Part shown: positions 37,629 through 47,479 of the stretch, piece by piece
Layout of the letters: every line of letters begins with the position of its first letter
Numbering within the stretch: the first letter of the stretch is position 1
NCBI GenBank assembly: GCA_010909165.1
Contig: MU008174.1
Coordinates: 930,001-994,000, forward strand
Length of the DNA stretch: 64,000 nt
Direction: 5' to 3'
From: Anthoceros angustus
Lineage: Eukaryota > Plantae > Anthocerotophyta
The notes under the pieces: generated by a model
Database searches by the model: none
What the model saw: only the letters and a program-made list of their open reading frames with translations
Told to the model about the DNA's origin: nothing
Translations under genes and position numbers: made by a program

Positions 37629-39810
37629 TGACAGCAGAAGTCTATTATAGTCCACTTGTACGGAATTTTCCTGTCATGGAGCTTGGTACTTGGCAACTTG
37701 TACCACTGGTGTGCCTAAGCTACTTGCACCAAGGGCATCCACCCCATCAACGTACCGATGTAAGGGCATCCACTCCCTCTAAGCACCCCATCTAAGTACC
37801 AATCTAAGAGCAGGAAACTTGGACTCGATGCTTAACAGCGGTGTTCTTATAAATCTGTGTACATTTGGCCTAAGCCGTTAGGACACCACAAAGCCTGGTG
37901 GGTGTTAGAAAAAAGTTGACCCACGTTCAACACACCCAATAGTGTGTTGGAGCAAAACACATGTTTCCCCTGGGACTTGCCATAGTCTTGGGATTCTGTG
38001 CGTTTATCTAGCCATATGCGATATTCTATATACTTCTAGGACTTACTCGGATCCGGACTGCGAGCGTCTCTTGTCAGTAAGCGTGGATTTCTAACAGTGG
38101 GTTCAACCCTGAACGGCTTGCTTCACATGAAACTCCTGGAGATTCTTGGTGTGAAACGGTGAACACCAATGTGTTGCTCTGAAACGGTCGAACAAAGCTA
38201 GAATTTGGTGTTGGATAGGGCATGTGAACACTTAAGTCTTCACGTGCAGACCGGAGAGAGGTTATTTGAACTGAGCAGGCATGGAACAATTCACTTGAAC
38301 TGAGCAGGGATGGAACAAGACAACCCGTTGAGGCAACAAAGGTACAACCAACGGGTTTCCGACGCAGTAGCTAGAGGTGAGGTGAGTGATGATAGTTGCA
38401 ATTGGCAGTCACCCCAGAACGTCAAATGTAAGAGTATCTCCCCAAGTTCAGAGAACCCATAAATGTCTCATATGGTGCATGACCATGAACTGACACGATT
38501 CTCCTTCATTTCACATCCACTCAATTCTCTCTGTGTACGACGTTTCTATTCGGACACCCATTACCAATGTTCACGATTGGTGCCATTTCCCTGGATGATT
38601 TCGACTGCCTTGTCGACCATCACAAAATGAGGAAAGCCCACTGTTTGGCAGATCCTGGGCAGTTGGGACGACATGGCCCCGAAGACGTCCATGGGATGGA
38701 TGACTTGTCGTCTCCCAAATGTAGAGGAATGATCAGCATTCCGTTTATACTTCCACCATCTAGGTATGTGGAGCAGTTCAGGACTCGGGATCTCGACGTT
38801 CCTTTCATCATCGGTGTCACTCCCGCTCTCGAGACAAGCACACATTTGTATGCAGCACAGCAAAAGCTCTTGGACATAAGCTGTGGATTGATTTCAACAA
38901 GGGGCAGCAGTTTGAGAATTTTTTTGGACCATTGAACTTTGTTTGCTAGAGAAGGCAAGTGCAAATTTTCCTACCATGAGGTCACAAAATTTGTGGTGCA
39001 CATGGCCATGGGACATTTACCATGTGCATATGAATTCATGCGAAACTCGAGCTGGGAGAACTAGTTCTGTCCGTTTTAAGGCCAGAGCTTGTAGACTGCT
39101 GCTTCCCAGCAGCTGCCAACGTTTGGGAGTCTGAGCTCAGCCAACATTTGGGAGCTTGAGCTCAGCATACATAGCTGCTCTCACCAATTACTTCTAGGCC
39201 GGAGGCTTTTCCATTGGAAGGATCTCCTTCTTCAATCTCACCTTCCTGTCCAAGGACTTGGCTGCTAGCCTACTAAATGAATCCAAAACCCTCCAGGTTG
39301 ACAAAGCGTTGCCATCCACATGACACCCAACCGGAGGAGACAATAAGAGGAAGCGATTGCCCATCCCCATGACTATTACCCTTTTTCTTGAGGAATTCGA
39401 AAAACAATTAAAGGATTATGATGAATATCAAAAAAATTTAAATTCAAAAATACTTGCAATTTCAACAATAATTGGAAGCTTGCTGGTGGCTTGCTGGTGG
39501 CTTGCTGGTGGCTAGTTGTTGAAAGCAAAACCAAATCCTTCTTAACCACACATTTCCTTAGGGATAAGCGAGACTTGGAAACACGACAGCTTGCACGAAC
39601 TCCCGGCCCTCAACGCCTCGGAAGCCCTCTCCGCACTCAGCTGGCCCGCTCACGACGTTGCTCACACTTTCCATCAATCCACGGCCAAGCCACCAAAGAT
39701 CGCACTCACATTGGCGCTGCGGTGGCTAGTTGTTTTGTGATGCTTTCTAGTACTGATCGAGTTTAATAGCGCTAAAAACAATTGTGGTTAATCCATGGCA
39801 TAAGCTTCAT

Positions 39811-40448
39811 TTAATCATAACTATGGTCATAATCATTTATCTCATCCTCATCCATCATATTGTCATGGTCATCAGTATGCTCAACAGCACCATGCTCATG
39901 ATCAATAGCACTGCGTGTTCGGTATCACCATGTGCGATAACAACATGCTCAATAGCATCGTACTCCATAATGACATGACCATTAGCAACATTTTGAATAC
40001 TAACACCAATTTGAGCATTAACATCATAATACTCAATTAAAGTTGGATCTATGAATCTGGTACCATCTGCTGATGAAACAAAACCAAACTCTGATCCATT
40101 ACCATGCTGCTCGGGCCCCCATAACTCTACAACGTTGTTTCCAAACATGGGCTCATATGTGGTCCAATAACCTGCAAGCTGGTTACTTGATAACTCAGTA
40201 ATTGTGTCAAGATTACTGACTATATCACTCTCCTTGTAGAACTGTTTTCTACACAAGGGGCATGAAATGGGCAGAGGACCACAAACCAACCATTTTTGTA
40301 GACAAGCTCTATGAAAGATGTGCTTGCATACATTGGTTTTGATAATTTCTTCACCCAACTCAATAGGATCAAGGCAAATCACGCACGTTACTTTTTCATC
40401 ATCTTGACCTTGGAACAAACATGTTGAGAGACATGGTGGTAAGTCCAT
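39811..40448 (-). CDS. Intronless RING-H2 zinc finger protein (putative E3 ligase) with Asp/His-rich tail
   Basis: CVICLDPIELGEEIIKTNVCKHIFHRACLQKWLVCGPLPISCPLCRK. A probable 1-bp indel near 39915 shifts into DHEHGAVEHTDDHDNMMDEDEINDYDHSYD* (stop at 39811). Confidence 0.75.
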
Positions 40449-40896
40449 GGGTTCTTGATCTTTATGAATTGTGATTCACTAGGATTGAGCATGGTACCCC
40501 ACACCCAGAATATTTTCAGATGCCTAGCTCATGTATTTTCCCGCTCACCTATTGTAAGGCTCTTTCGAACCTCCTAACTAGTATATCTCTTGGTGTTGTA
40601 AGGGCTATATCTGCACTCTTGTAAAATTCTTCTTCTTCTTCTTCTTCTCTTAATGAAGTGGAATGTTGTAAGGTTCTTCCAAACCTCTCAAATAAGTGGA
40701 ATATAAAGTACTCGATATCATAAAAAAACACTTAGCGCCTATTACTTTTTCTTGGTACATATTTTCTTTTATTCAAACGAGCGGACAATTATGATGGCCA
40801 TAGACTCTTGGAATTCGTGGCCCTCTAAATCATGTGGAATGAGCAAGGCCCTTCAAGGCCCTTTGAATTAACTGGAATATGTAAGGTCCTTGTGGG

Positions 40897-40976
40897 CCCT
40901 CTGAATTAAGTAAAATATAAAATATCCCATACCCCGCCCTCTGAATTAAGTAAAATATAAAATACCCCATACCCCG
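40897..40976. repeat. 40-bp tandem repeat, two copies
   Basis: ccctctgaattaagtaaaatataaaata(t/c)cccataccccg twice. Confidence 0.9.
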
Positions 40977-41563
40977 CTAGAGAGATCTTCCGAAATATAA
41001 CTCATTCTTCTGCCATAATTAATCTTTACTTCGTATGAAGCTTAACAAGAACTATTTAACAATCCCTCTGAGAGAGACCCAATATGGATCATTTCACTAT
41101 GGGGATTATGGAGCTTTACATAGCATGGATTTCGGGATGACAAGAACTTTGATCCCAATGACGAGAGCCATCAAATTCCATGTGACAAGGAGGTCAATTC
41201 TAATCATAAATGCTTCAATGCGCCATATTAAATACCAATAGGAATGAAGAGAGCTGCATGGCCTACCAGCTCTCTATATCCGTTATCAATTCAACCAATG
41301 TAGTTCAGTTGGGATATGAAAGTTTGGTATAGCAATCACGACCCAAGTTCCTACCTATGTATTTTTGCCTTATATTTCATTTCTTCCTTTTGCACATCCG
41401 TCGCCCAATTTTGATCCTCAACAGAAATGCATTCCAGGGCTCATGAGACTGTTCAGCCTGGAGACATTCCGCAACGGTGATCTGGGCTATGGCAGCTCAC
41501 ATCATGATGTGCTAGCGGGATTGGATATGGACATGGGCTGTATCAAGGGCGCAAGCAGCCCAG

Positions 41564-44500
41564 GTGGCGCACTGGTTCTCGGTTTCGGGTTTAGGCCTCC
41601 ATGGGGCTTCTGAGACCATGGGTGCCTGGAGATCTAGAGGTGCACTTCATTCACACATATGGCGACAGGGCATGTGGCTAAACCCAGCTTGGGTGGATGC
41701 CCAGAAGGCTGCTGTGGATATGCATTGTGCTCATGTATGTATGTCCAGCAGTTGGAGCTCACCGGATGACCTCGACCATGGCAGGCCTGCAGGTGCAGGA
41801 TACCGATGTCGTGTTGTGACAGCGGAAAGTGTGAGCAACGTCTGTGAGCAGGGCCAGCTCGCTGAGGCTGTTGAGGGGCTGGGAGTTCTGGTGCAAACGG
41901 GCTGTCGTGTTTCCAAGTCTCTGTTTTACGCTGTCCTAAGGAAATGTGTGGTCAAGAAGGATTTGGTTCTGGGTCGCCGTGTCCATGCTCTTAGCGTGAA
42001 GAACGAGTATGGGTCCGACACGTTCTTGTGCAACCATGTTCTGCGGATGTATGCGTTTCATGACAGGTTGCAGGAAGCGATGGATGTGTTCACCGTGGTT
42101 GCCAAGCCGGATGCCTTTATGTGGTCTTCTATAATGTCTGCGCATGTTAAGCATGGGGAGAGTAAGCAGGCAGTTCGGCTGTATGATGAAATGCGCAGGT
42201 CGAGCGTGAAGCCGGATGGGCATGTGTTTGTTGCAGCCCTACAGGCTTGTGCAAAGTTAGCGGACTTGCCGACTGGGAAGCAGGTGCATGCCGATGTGTG
42301 TGCTAGTGGGCTTCGGCCTGACGTTTTTGTTTCCCATTGCTTGGTGGAAATGTATGCAAAGTGTGGCAGCTTGGAAGATGCGGAGAGAGTGTTCGACGGG
42401 ATTCCACAAAAAGATGTGGTGATATGGAATGCCATGATAGCAGGATATGCACAATATGGCATGGGTCGCGAGGCCCTTCATCTTTACAGTGCTATGCAGG
42501 ACGACGGCAATGCTGCACCTACTTCTGGGACATTCGTGCACCTTCTGCAGGCATGTGCAAGCATGGGTGCCCTGGGTTTGGAGAAGGGCCAGCAGCTTCA
42601 CGCACAAATTCGTGAACAGGGGCTTCAGCTCGATGCCATTTTGGGTTGTAGCCTGGTAAACATGTATGCGAAGTGTGGCAGCCTGCTGGATGCTCACAGT
42701 GTGTTTGACAGACTAGCTGAAAAAGATGTGGTGGCGTGGACTGCTCTTATAGCAGCATATTCCCAGCAGGGATTGGGTGAGGAAGCCCTTCATCTTTACA
42801 GTAGTATGCGAGAAGAAGGCATCCATCCCCCTGATTCTGTGACTTTTCTGTGCCTTCTGCAGGCATGTGGAAGTGTGGGTGCCGCGGCTTTGAAGAGAGG
42901 GAAGCAGCTTCATGCGCAGGTTAGAGAAGAAGGACTTGATGCTGATGTAGGTGTAGGTTGTAGCCTGGTGAACATGTATGCAAAGTGTGGCAGCCTGGAG
43001 GATGCCCAGTGCGTGTTTGATGGACTTGTCCAGAAGAATGTGGCAACGTGGACGGCTATGATCTCAGGATATTCCCAGCAGGGCATGGGTCAGGAAGCCC
43101 TTCGCCTGTACAGTGCTATGAAAGAAGGAGGAATTGTAGCACCTGATTCTGTGACATTTGCGTGTCTCCTGCAGGCATGTGCCAGTGTGGGTGAACCGGC
43201 TTTGGAGCAGGGGAAGCAGCTTCATATACAACTCAGAAAACAAGGACTTGAGGCTGATGTGGTTGTATGCTCTAGCTTGGTAAACATGTACGCAAAGTGT
43301 GGCACCCTGCAGGATGCCCACTCTGTGTTTGATGAACTCAGTCTCTACAGTGGTATGCTAGAAGGCGGCATCACTGCACCAACTTCTGGGATATATGTAT
43401 GTCTCTTGCAAGCATGTGCAAGTGTGGGCACCCTGGCTTTGGAAAAGGGGAAGCAGCTTCATGCACAGATCAGAGGGCAAGGACTTGAGGCTGATGGGGC
43501 CATAGGTTGCAGCCTGGTAAACATGTATGCAAAGTGCGGCAGCCTAGAGGATGCCCAGATGGTGTTTGGCAGACTTTGCAAAAAAGACGTGACGTCCTGG
43601 ACGGCTCTGATAGCAGGATACTCTCAGCAGGGCATGGGTCAGGAAGCCCTTCGTCTGTACAGTGCTATGCAAATAGAGGGCATTGTTGCACCTGATTCTG
43701 TGACATTTGTGTGCCTCCTGCAGGCATGTGCAAATATAGGTACTTTGGCTTTGGGAAAGGGGAAGCAGCTTCATGCACAGATTAGAGAGCGAGGACTACA
43801 AACTCACGTAGTTGTAGCCAACAGCTTGGTAAGCATGTACGCAAAGTGTGGCAGCCTAGAGGATGCTCAGCGTGTGTTTGATCGACTTGGTCAAAAAAAT
43901 GTGGTGACTTGGACTGCTTTGATAGCTGGATATTCCCAGCAAGGCATGAGTCAGGAAGCCCTTAACCTTTTCAATGCCATGCAAGAACAAGGAATGGCTC
44001 CACCCAATTCTGTGACATTCGTGTGCCTCTTGCAGGCATGTGCAAATGTGGCTGGCCTGCATCCAGGAAGGCAGCTTCACGCTGAGATTGAGGAACAAGG
44101 GCTGCAAGCTGATTTGACTGTAGGCCACAGCTTGATAAACATGTATGCAAAATCCGGGAGCATGATCGAAGCACAGCATGTGTTCGAAGCCTTGCCCGAA
44201 AGAGGAGTTGTTGCCTGGAACACTCTCATCGCCGGATTCACCCGAGAAGGAGACAGTGAAGCAGTCTTCGACTTGGTTCACAAAATGAGAGAAGACGGCG
44301 TACAGCCAGATGACATCACTTTCCTCAGTGTCCTAACGGTATGCAGCCATGTGGGCCTGGTGACCAAGGGTCGAGAGTACTTTGAGGCCATGAGCAGAAG
44401 CTACGGGATCACTCCAACTGCAGAGCACTACACATGTATGGTCGATCTCCTCAGTCGTGCGGGCCAGCTTGACGAGGCACTGGCGCTGGCAAGGACAATG

Positions 44501-44875
44501 CCTGCGCTGCCGAATGCCGCAGTTTGGCACACTTTGTTAGCTGCTTGTCAAAAGTGGAGAAACGTGGAAGTGGGACGCCATGCTTTCCATGAAGCAGTGA
44601 AACTAGATGACAAAGATGCCGCAGCATATGTTTTGATGTCCAACATCTACACCAGTGCCCAGATGTGCGAGGACGCGGAGGAGATGCAGGAGAGGAGGAA
44701 AGGACTGGGTGCGTGGAAGCAGCCAGGCCAGAGCTGGTGGACAGACATAGACGGATTAGTGCACAGTTTTGTGGTTGGGGATACAAAGCATCCCGAGAGT
44801 GAGGAGATATATGCAACGTTGGAACACCTTGTAATTGATTCCTGTCTTCCGCAGTCATCAGAAAATGTAACATGA
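41564..44875 (+). CDS. PLS-class pentatricopeptide repeat protein with E1-E2-E+ extension (organellar RNA editing specificity factor), no deaminase domain
   Basis: Intact 1103-codon single-exon ORF. Repeated P-L-S triplets (W.A.I.GY.Q.G..EAL / F..LLQAC / SLV.MYAKCG), E motifs (HYTCMVDLLSRAGQLDEA; AAAYVLMSNIY), PGQSWW box, HSFVVGD..HP, then stop. True start may be a downstream ATG. Confidence 0.93.
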   Translation: MAHWFSVSGLGLHGASETMGAWRSRGALHSHIWRQGMWLNPAWVDAQKAAVDMHCAHVCMSSSWSSPDDLDHGRPAGAGYRCRVVTAESVSNVCEQGQLAEAVEGLGVLVQTGCRVSKSLFYAVLRKCVVKKDLVLGRRVHALSVKNEYGSDTFLCNHVLRMYAFHDRLQEAMDVFTVVAKPDAFMWSSIMSAHVKHGESKQAVRLYDEMRRSSVKPDGHVFVAALQACAKLADLPTGKQVHADVCASGLRPDVFVSHCLVEMYAKCGSLEDAERVFDGIPQKDVVIWNAMIAGYAQYGMGREALHLYSAMQDDGNAAPTSGTFVHLLQACASMGALGLEKGQQLHAQIREQGLQLDAILGCSLVNMYAKCGSLLDAHSVFDRLAEKDVVAWTALIAAYSQQGLGEEALHLYSSMREEGIHPPDSVTFLCLLQACGSVGAAALKRGKQLHAQVREEGLDADVGVGCSLVNMYAKCGSLEDAQCVFDGLVQKNVATWTAMISGYSQQGMGQEALRLYSAMKEGGIVAPDSVTFACLLQACASVGEPALEQGKQLHIQLRKQGLEADVVVCSSLVNMYAKCGTLQDAHSVFDELSLYSGMLEGGITAPTSGIYVCLLQACASVGTLALEKGKQLHAQIRGQGLEADGAIGCSLVNMYAKCGSLEDAQMVFGRLCKKDVTSWTALIAGYSQQGMGQEALRLYSAMQIEGIVAPDSVTFVCLLQACANIGTLALGKGKQLHAQIRERGLQTHVVVANSLVSMYAKCGSLEDAQRVFDRLGQKNVVTWTALIAGYSQQGMSQEALNLFNAMQEQGMAPPNSVTFVCLLQACANVAGLHPGRQLHAEIEEQGLQADLTVGHSLINMYAKSGSMIEAQHVFEALPERGVVAWNTLIAGFTREGDSEAVFDLVHKMREDGVQPDDITFLSVLTVCSHVGLVTKGREYFEAMSRSYGITPTAEHYTCMVDLLSRAGQLDEALALARTMPALPNAAVWHTLLAACQKWRNVEVGRHAFHEAVKLDDKDAAAYVLMSNIYTSAQMCEDAEEMQERRKGLGAWKQPGQSWWTDIDGLVHSFVVGDTKHPESEEIYATLEHLVIDSCLPQSSENVT

Positions 44876-45014
44876 CTAGTTGACCTACAAGATTAGGGAA
44901 AGGCGTATAATACCGTAATGGGGTTCGAGGCTTGCTGCATGTGGACAGTCTGATGGGTCTCCACTGGTTTTGCATCTACCATCAGAGGAGACCAATCCAT
45001 CATGGTCGCTGCAT

Positions 45015-45769
45015 CTAGCATCCATCAGTTGACCAATCCATCATGCATCCACCGATGTGGCAGACACCCACCCCCTTGAAAGCAAGCCTTTCACAGGACA
45101 GCTCCACATCCTGTCCACTTTGGAAACAAAATTTGGAGAACCCTCTCCTGCTCATCGCTAGGAAAAATCCCTTCGCTTCAGCTGCATCACTATCCAGAGT
45201 GGCTAGTAGAGCTGAATCGAAGCAGAGACAGGGGCGACCAAGAATCAAGGCCTTCAACTGGGGCGAAATTTGTCCCATCTTCTCGATGCTTCTACGACAA
45301 CTCTGCCGTTCAGGACAACACCTAACGGCACACAGGGGAGGCGTCGTTCGCGAAAGTGCCTGGAGAAAGCTCCGCCGGAGAAAATCTGGATTGGCGAGTA
45401 TGAAAAGCCAGACCTTGCACACAGCCCGACAACGGGCCTGCGCTGCCGCAGGTAACCGCAGCACTTCTCCCACCAAAACCTCCGGCAATGTCGAACAAAC
45501 CACGGAATGCACCCCAGTGCCTGCTGCGCTGGTAGAGACGCCATCACCAAGCTCTTCCCCAACCAGGTAAAGCATCAAAAGGAGATCATACCTGACCTCA
45601 CTCCTTCCAGCTGACCAGGGCTCACGGAACTCCTCGTTGGGTTCTCGCCATCGTTCATATCCTCCTCATCTTCTGACCACGAGTCGAAATCGGTTTCACA
45701 CTCCTCTTCATCCGTTTCGTATTCGCACTCAAGGTCTTCACTGTTCTCCAGGCCCTCGGCGTCTTCCAT
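45015..45769 (-). pseudogene. F-box protein fragment with acidic N-terminus
   Basis: ORF 45575-45769 (Glu/Asp-rich) plus ORF 45015-45578 containing STLPEVLVGEVLRLPAAAQARCRAVCKVWLFILANPDF; no substrate-binding domain visible. Confidence 0.6.
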
Positions 45770-47152
45770 GTCTACCGCACAATCCTAAAACTCTCGGCCT
45801 ACAGGACGCGTTGTGTGAGACTACAGGAGCCCGCAGCTCCGGCCTCCAGGGCCCCTGGTTCAAATCGGACCCACGAACCAAATGGCGGGTACAATTTCTT
45901 ATAGATGGACGCACCTAACTTGACCTAACTCTCGTTCAATCGATTCTTAACCTCGAGTCCGTTAGTTTCGCTAGACGGCTACGTCTGGAGATGATGCATG
46001 TGTCATGTTGGTGTCATACCCTAGAAGATCCAGTATGCTAGGTGCTGGCGGGAGACGCACAAAAATTCAGCCTGCTGCAGTCAGCTATGGAATTGTCCTC
46101 CTCACCCGAGATAGACAGCAGTGATGGGAACTGTGTAATCAAATGGAAGGGGGAACAGAGCATTTGGGAAACGAAAGCTTCGTGAACGGCCGCATTCGGG
46201 AGCAAAACGGCATGGTGGTACGAGTCCCTGGCTAGCCCCGAAGATGATCGATGGACAGAAGAAGTCAGAATTTCAGCCTGTTGATCTTTCTAGCGTTAAA
46301 TCAAAAGAACCTGCACCGCAAGCTTGGAATCCTGCCGAACCTCCGGCAACTTTGCCAACCAACTTGTTGAACAAATAGATTGCTGCTGCCGGGCTCTCCC
46401 AGACATCCTGCCATCACAAGTGGCCTGATGTCAAAACCACAAACCTGGTCTCTACCTCCTTGCAGACACCCATCCCTTTGAAAACCAGACTGTGATGCTT
46501 GCTTCGTCCTCCAGACACGTTAGGAATTCACAGGAAATTTTTTTTGAAAAGAAGATTTTATTATAAAAAATGGGAAAAACCAGTCCACCAAAAAACAAAG
46601 GGGGAAAAACCCAACAAGGGCACCATCGCAGGGGATTAGGACTTCTGTGGTACGGACCACGATGTTTTAGCGCCAGAGCCGAAGCAAGCAGGATTGTGAT
46701 TTCATCACAGTCCAACTTCGAGAATGAATTAGGGGGGAGACCTATCCCCATGTTCCCATGTTGTCGAGATTCGCAAGGAAAGGACGGCTACTTCTGAAGA
46801 TCATGCATCTTCTAACAAGTACTTTCCAGGACTCTTAGGATCGTCCCTTCGCTTGTGAGGTTTATTTAATCTGACCTACTAGCCTCTTCTGGGTTTTTTT
46901 ACAAGACTCTCATACAAAGCTATGCTGATTTCTCTTATTTAATCGCAATCAATGTGCTCCTTCTGGAAAACAGGCTGACGAATGGCCGAGCTTGTTTTGT
47001 AAAATATACCTACATGAGGACGAAGAACCTAGAGCTATAAGACAAGACTTCACCTATGCAAGTTTTGAAACTGCGGCCTTCATGATATTAGGGTCACTAC
47101 GCTCTAACCAACAACAACTGACCTAGTAGACCACATTGACAACTAATCGTGC

Positions 47153-47479
47153 ACGGATTAGTGCACAATTTTATCCTTGGGATATGAAGCATCTTGAGAG
47201 TGACGAGATATATGCAACATTGGAACACCTTGTAATCGATTATTATTTCCACAGTCATCAGAAAATGTAAACTAGTTTACCTCTTAGAACAATTAAGAAA
47301 AAATATATAATATTATAATTATTGCTAAATGAAATCCTACCCTCGTCCCTATTGAGAGCTCTACGAGGCTAGTTCTGAATGAAATCTTTGTGCAAGCTTC
47401 GATGTCTACTTTAATATATTTCCGAAATCACGAAAATAAATGTGTATAATATCATAATTGCGTTCGAGGCTTGCTGCAT
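47153..47479 (+). pseudogene. Decayed copy of the PPR gene 3' end and 3' UTR
   Basis: 47153-47290 matches about 44751-44890 (VHSF..HPESEEIYATLEHLVID..SENV); 47462-47479 matches 44923-44940. Confidence 0.8.

Noticed and set aside
38561-38964. Possible cytochrome P450 or diterpene gene cluster partner next to CPS
   Set aside because: No proline-rich hinge, ExxR, PERF or FxxGxRxCxG motif in any frame; the resemblance was superficial.
41731-44975. Numerous antisense ORFs over the PPR gene, and similar ones over CPS and the pol genes
   Set aside because: They are shadow ORFs of GC-rich coding sequence with no motifs.
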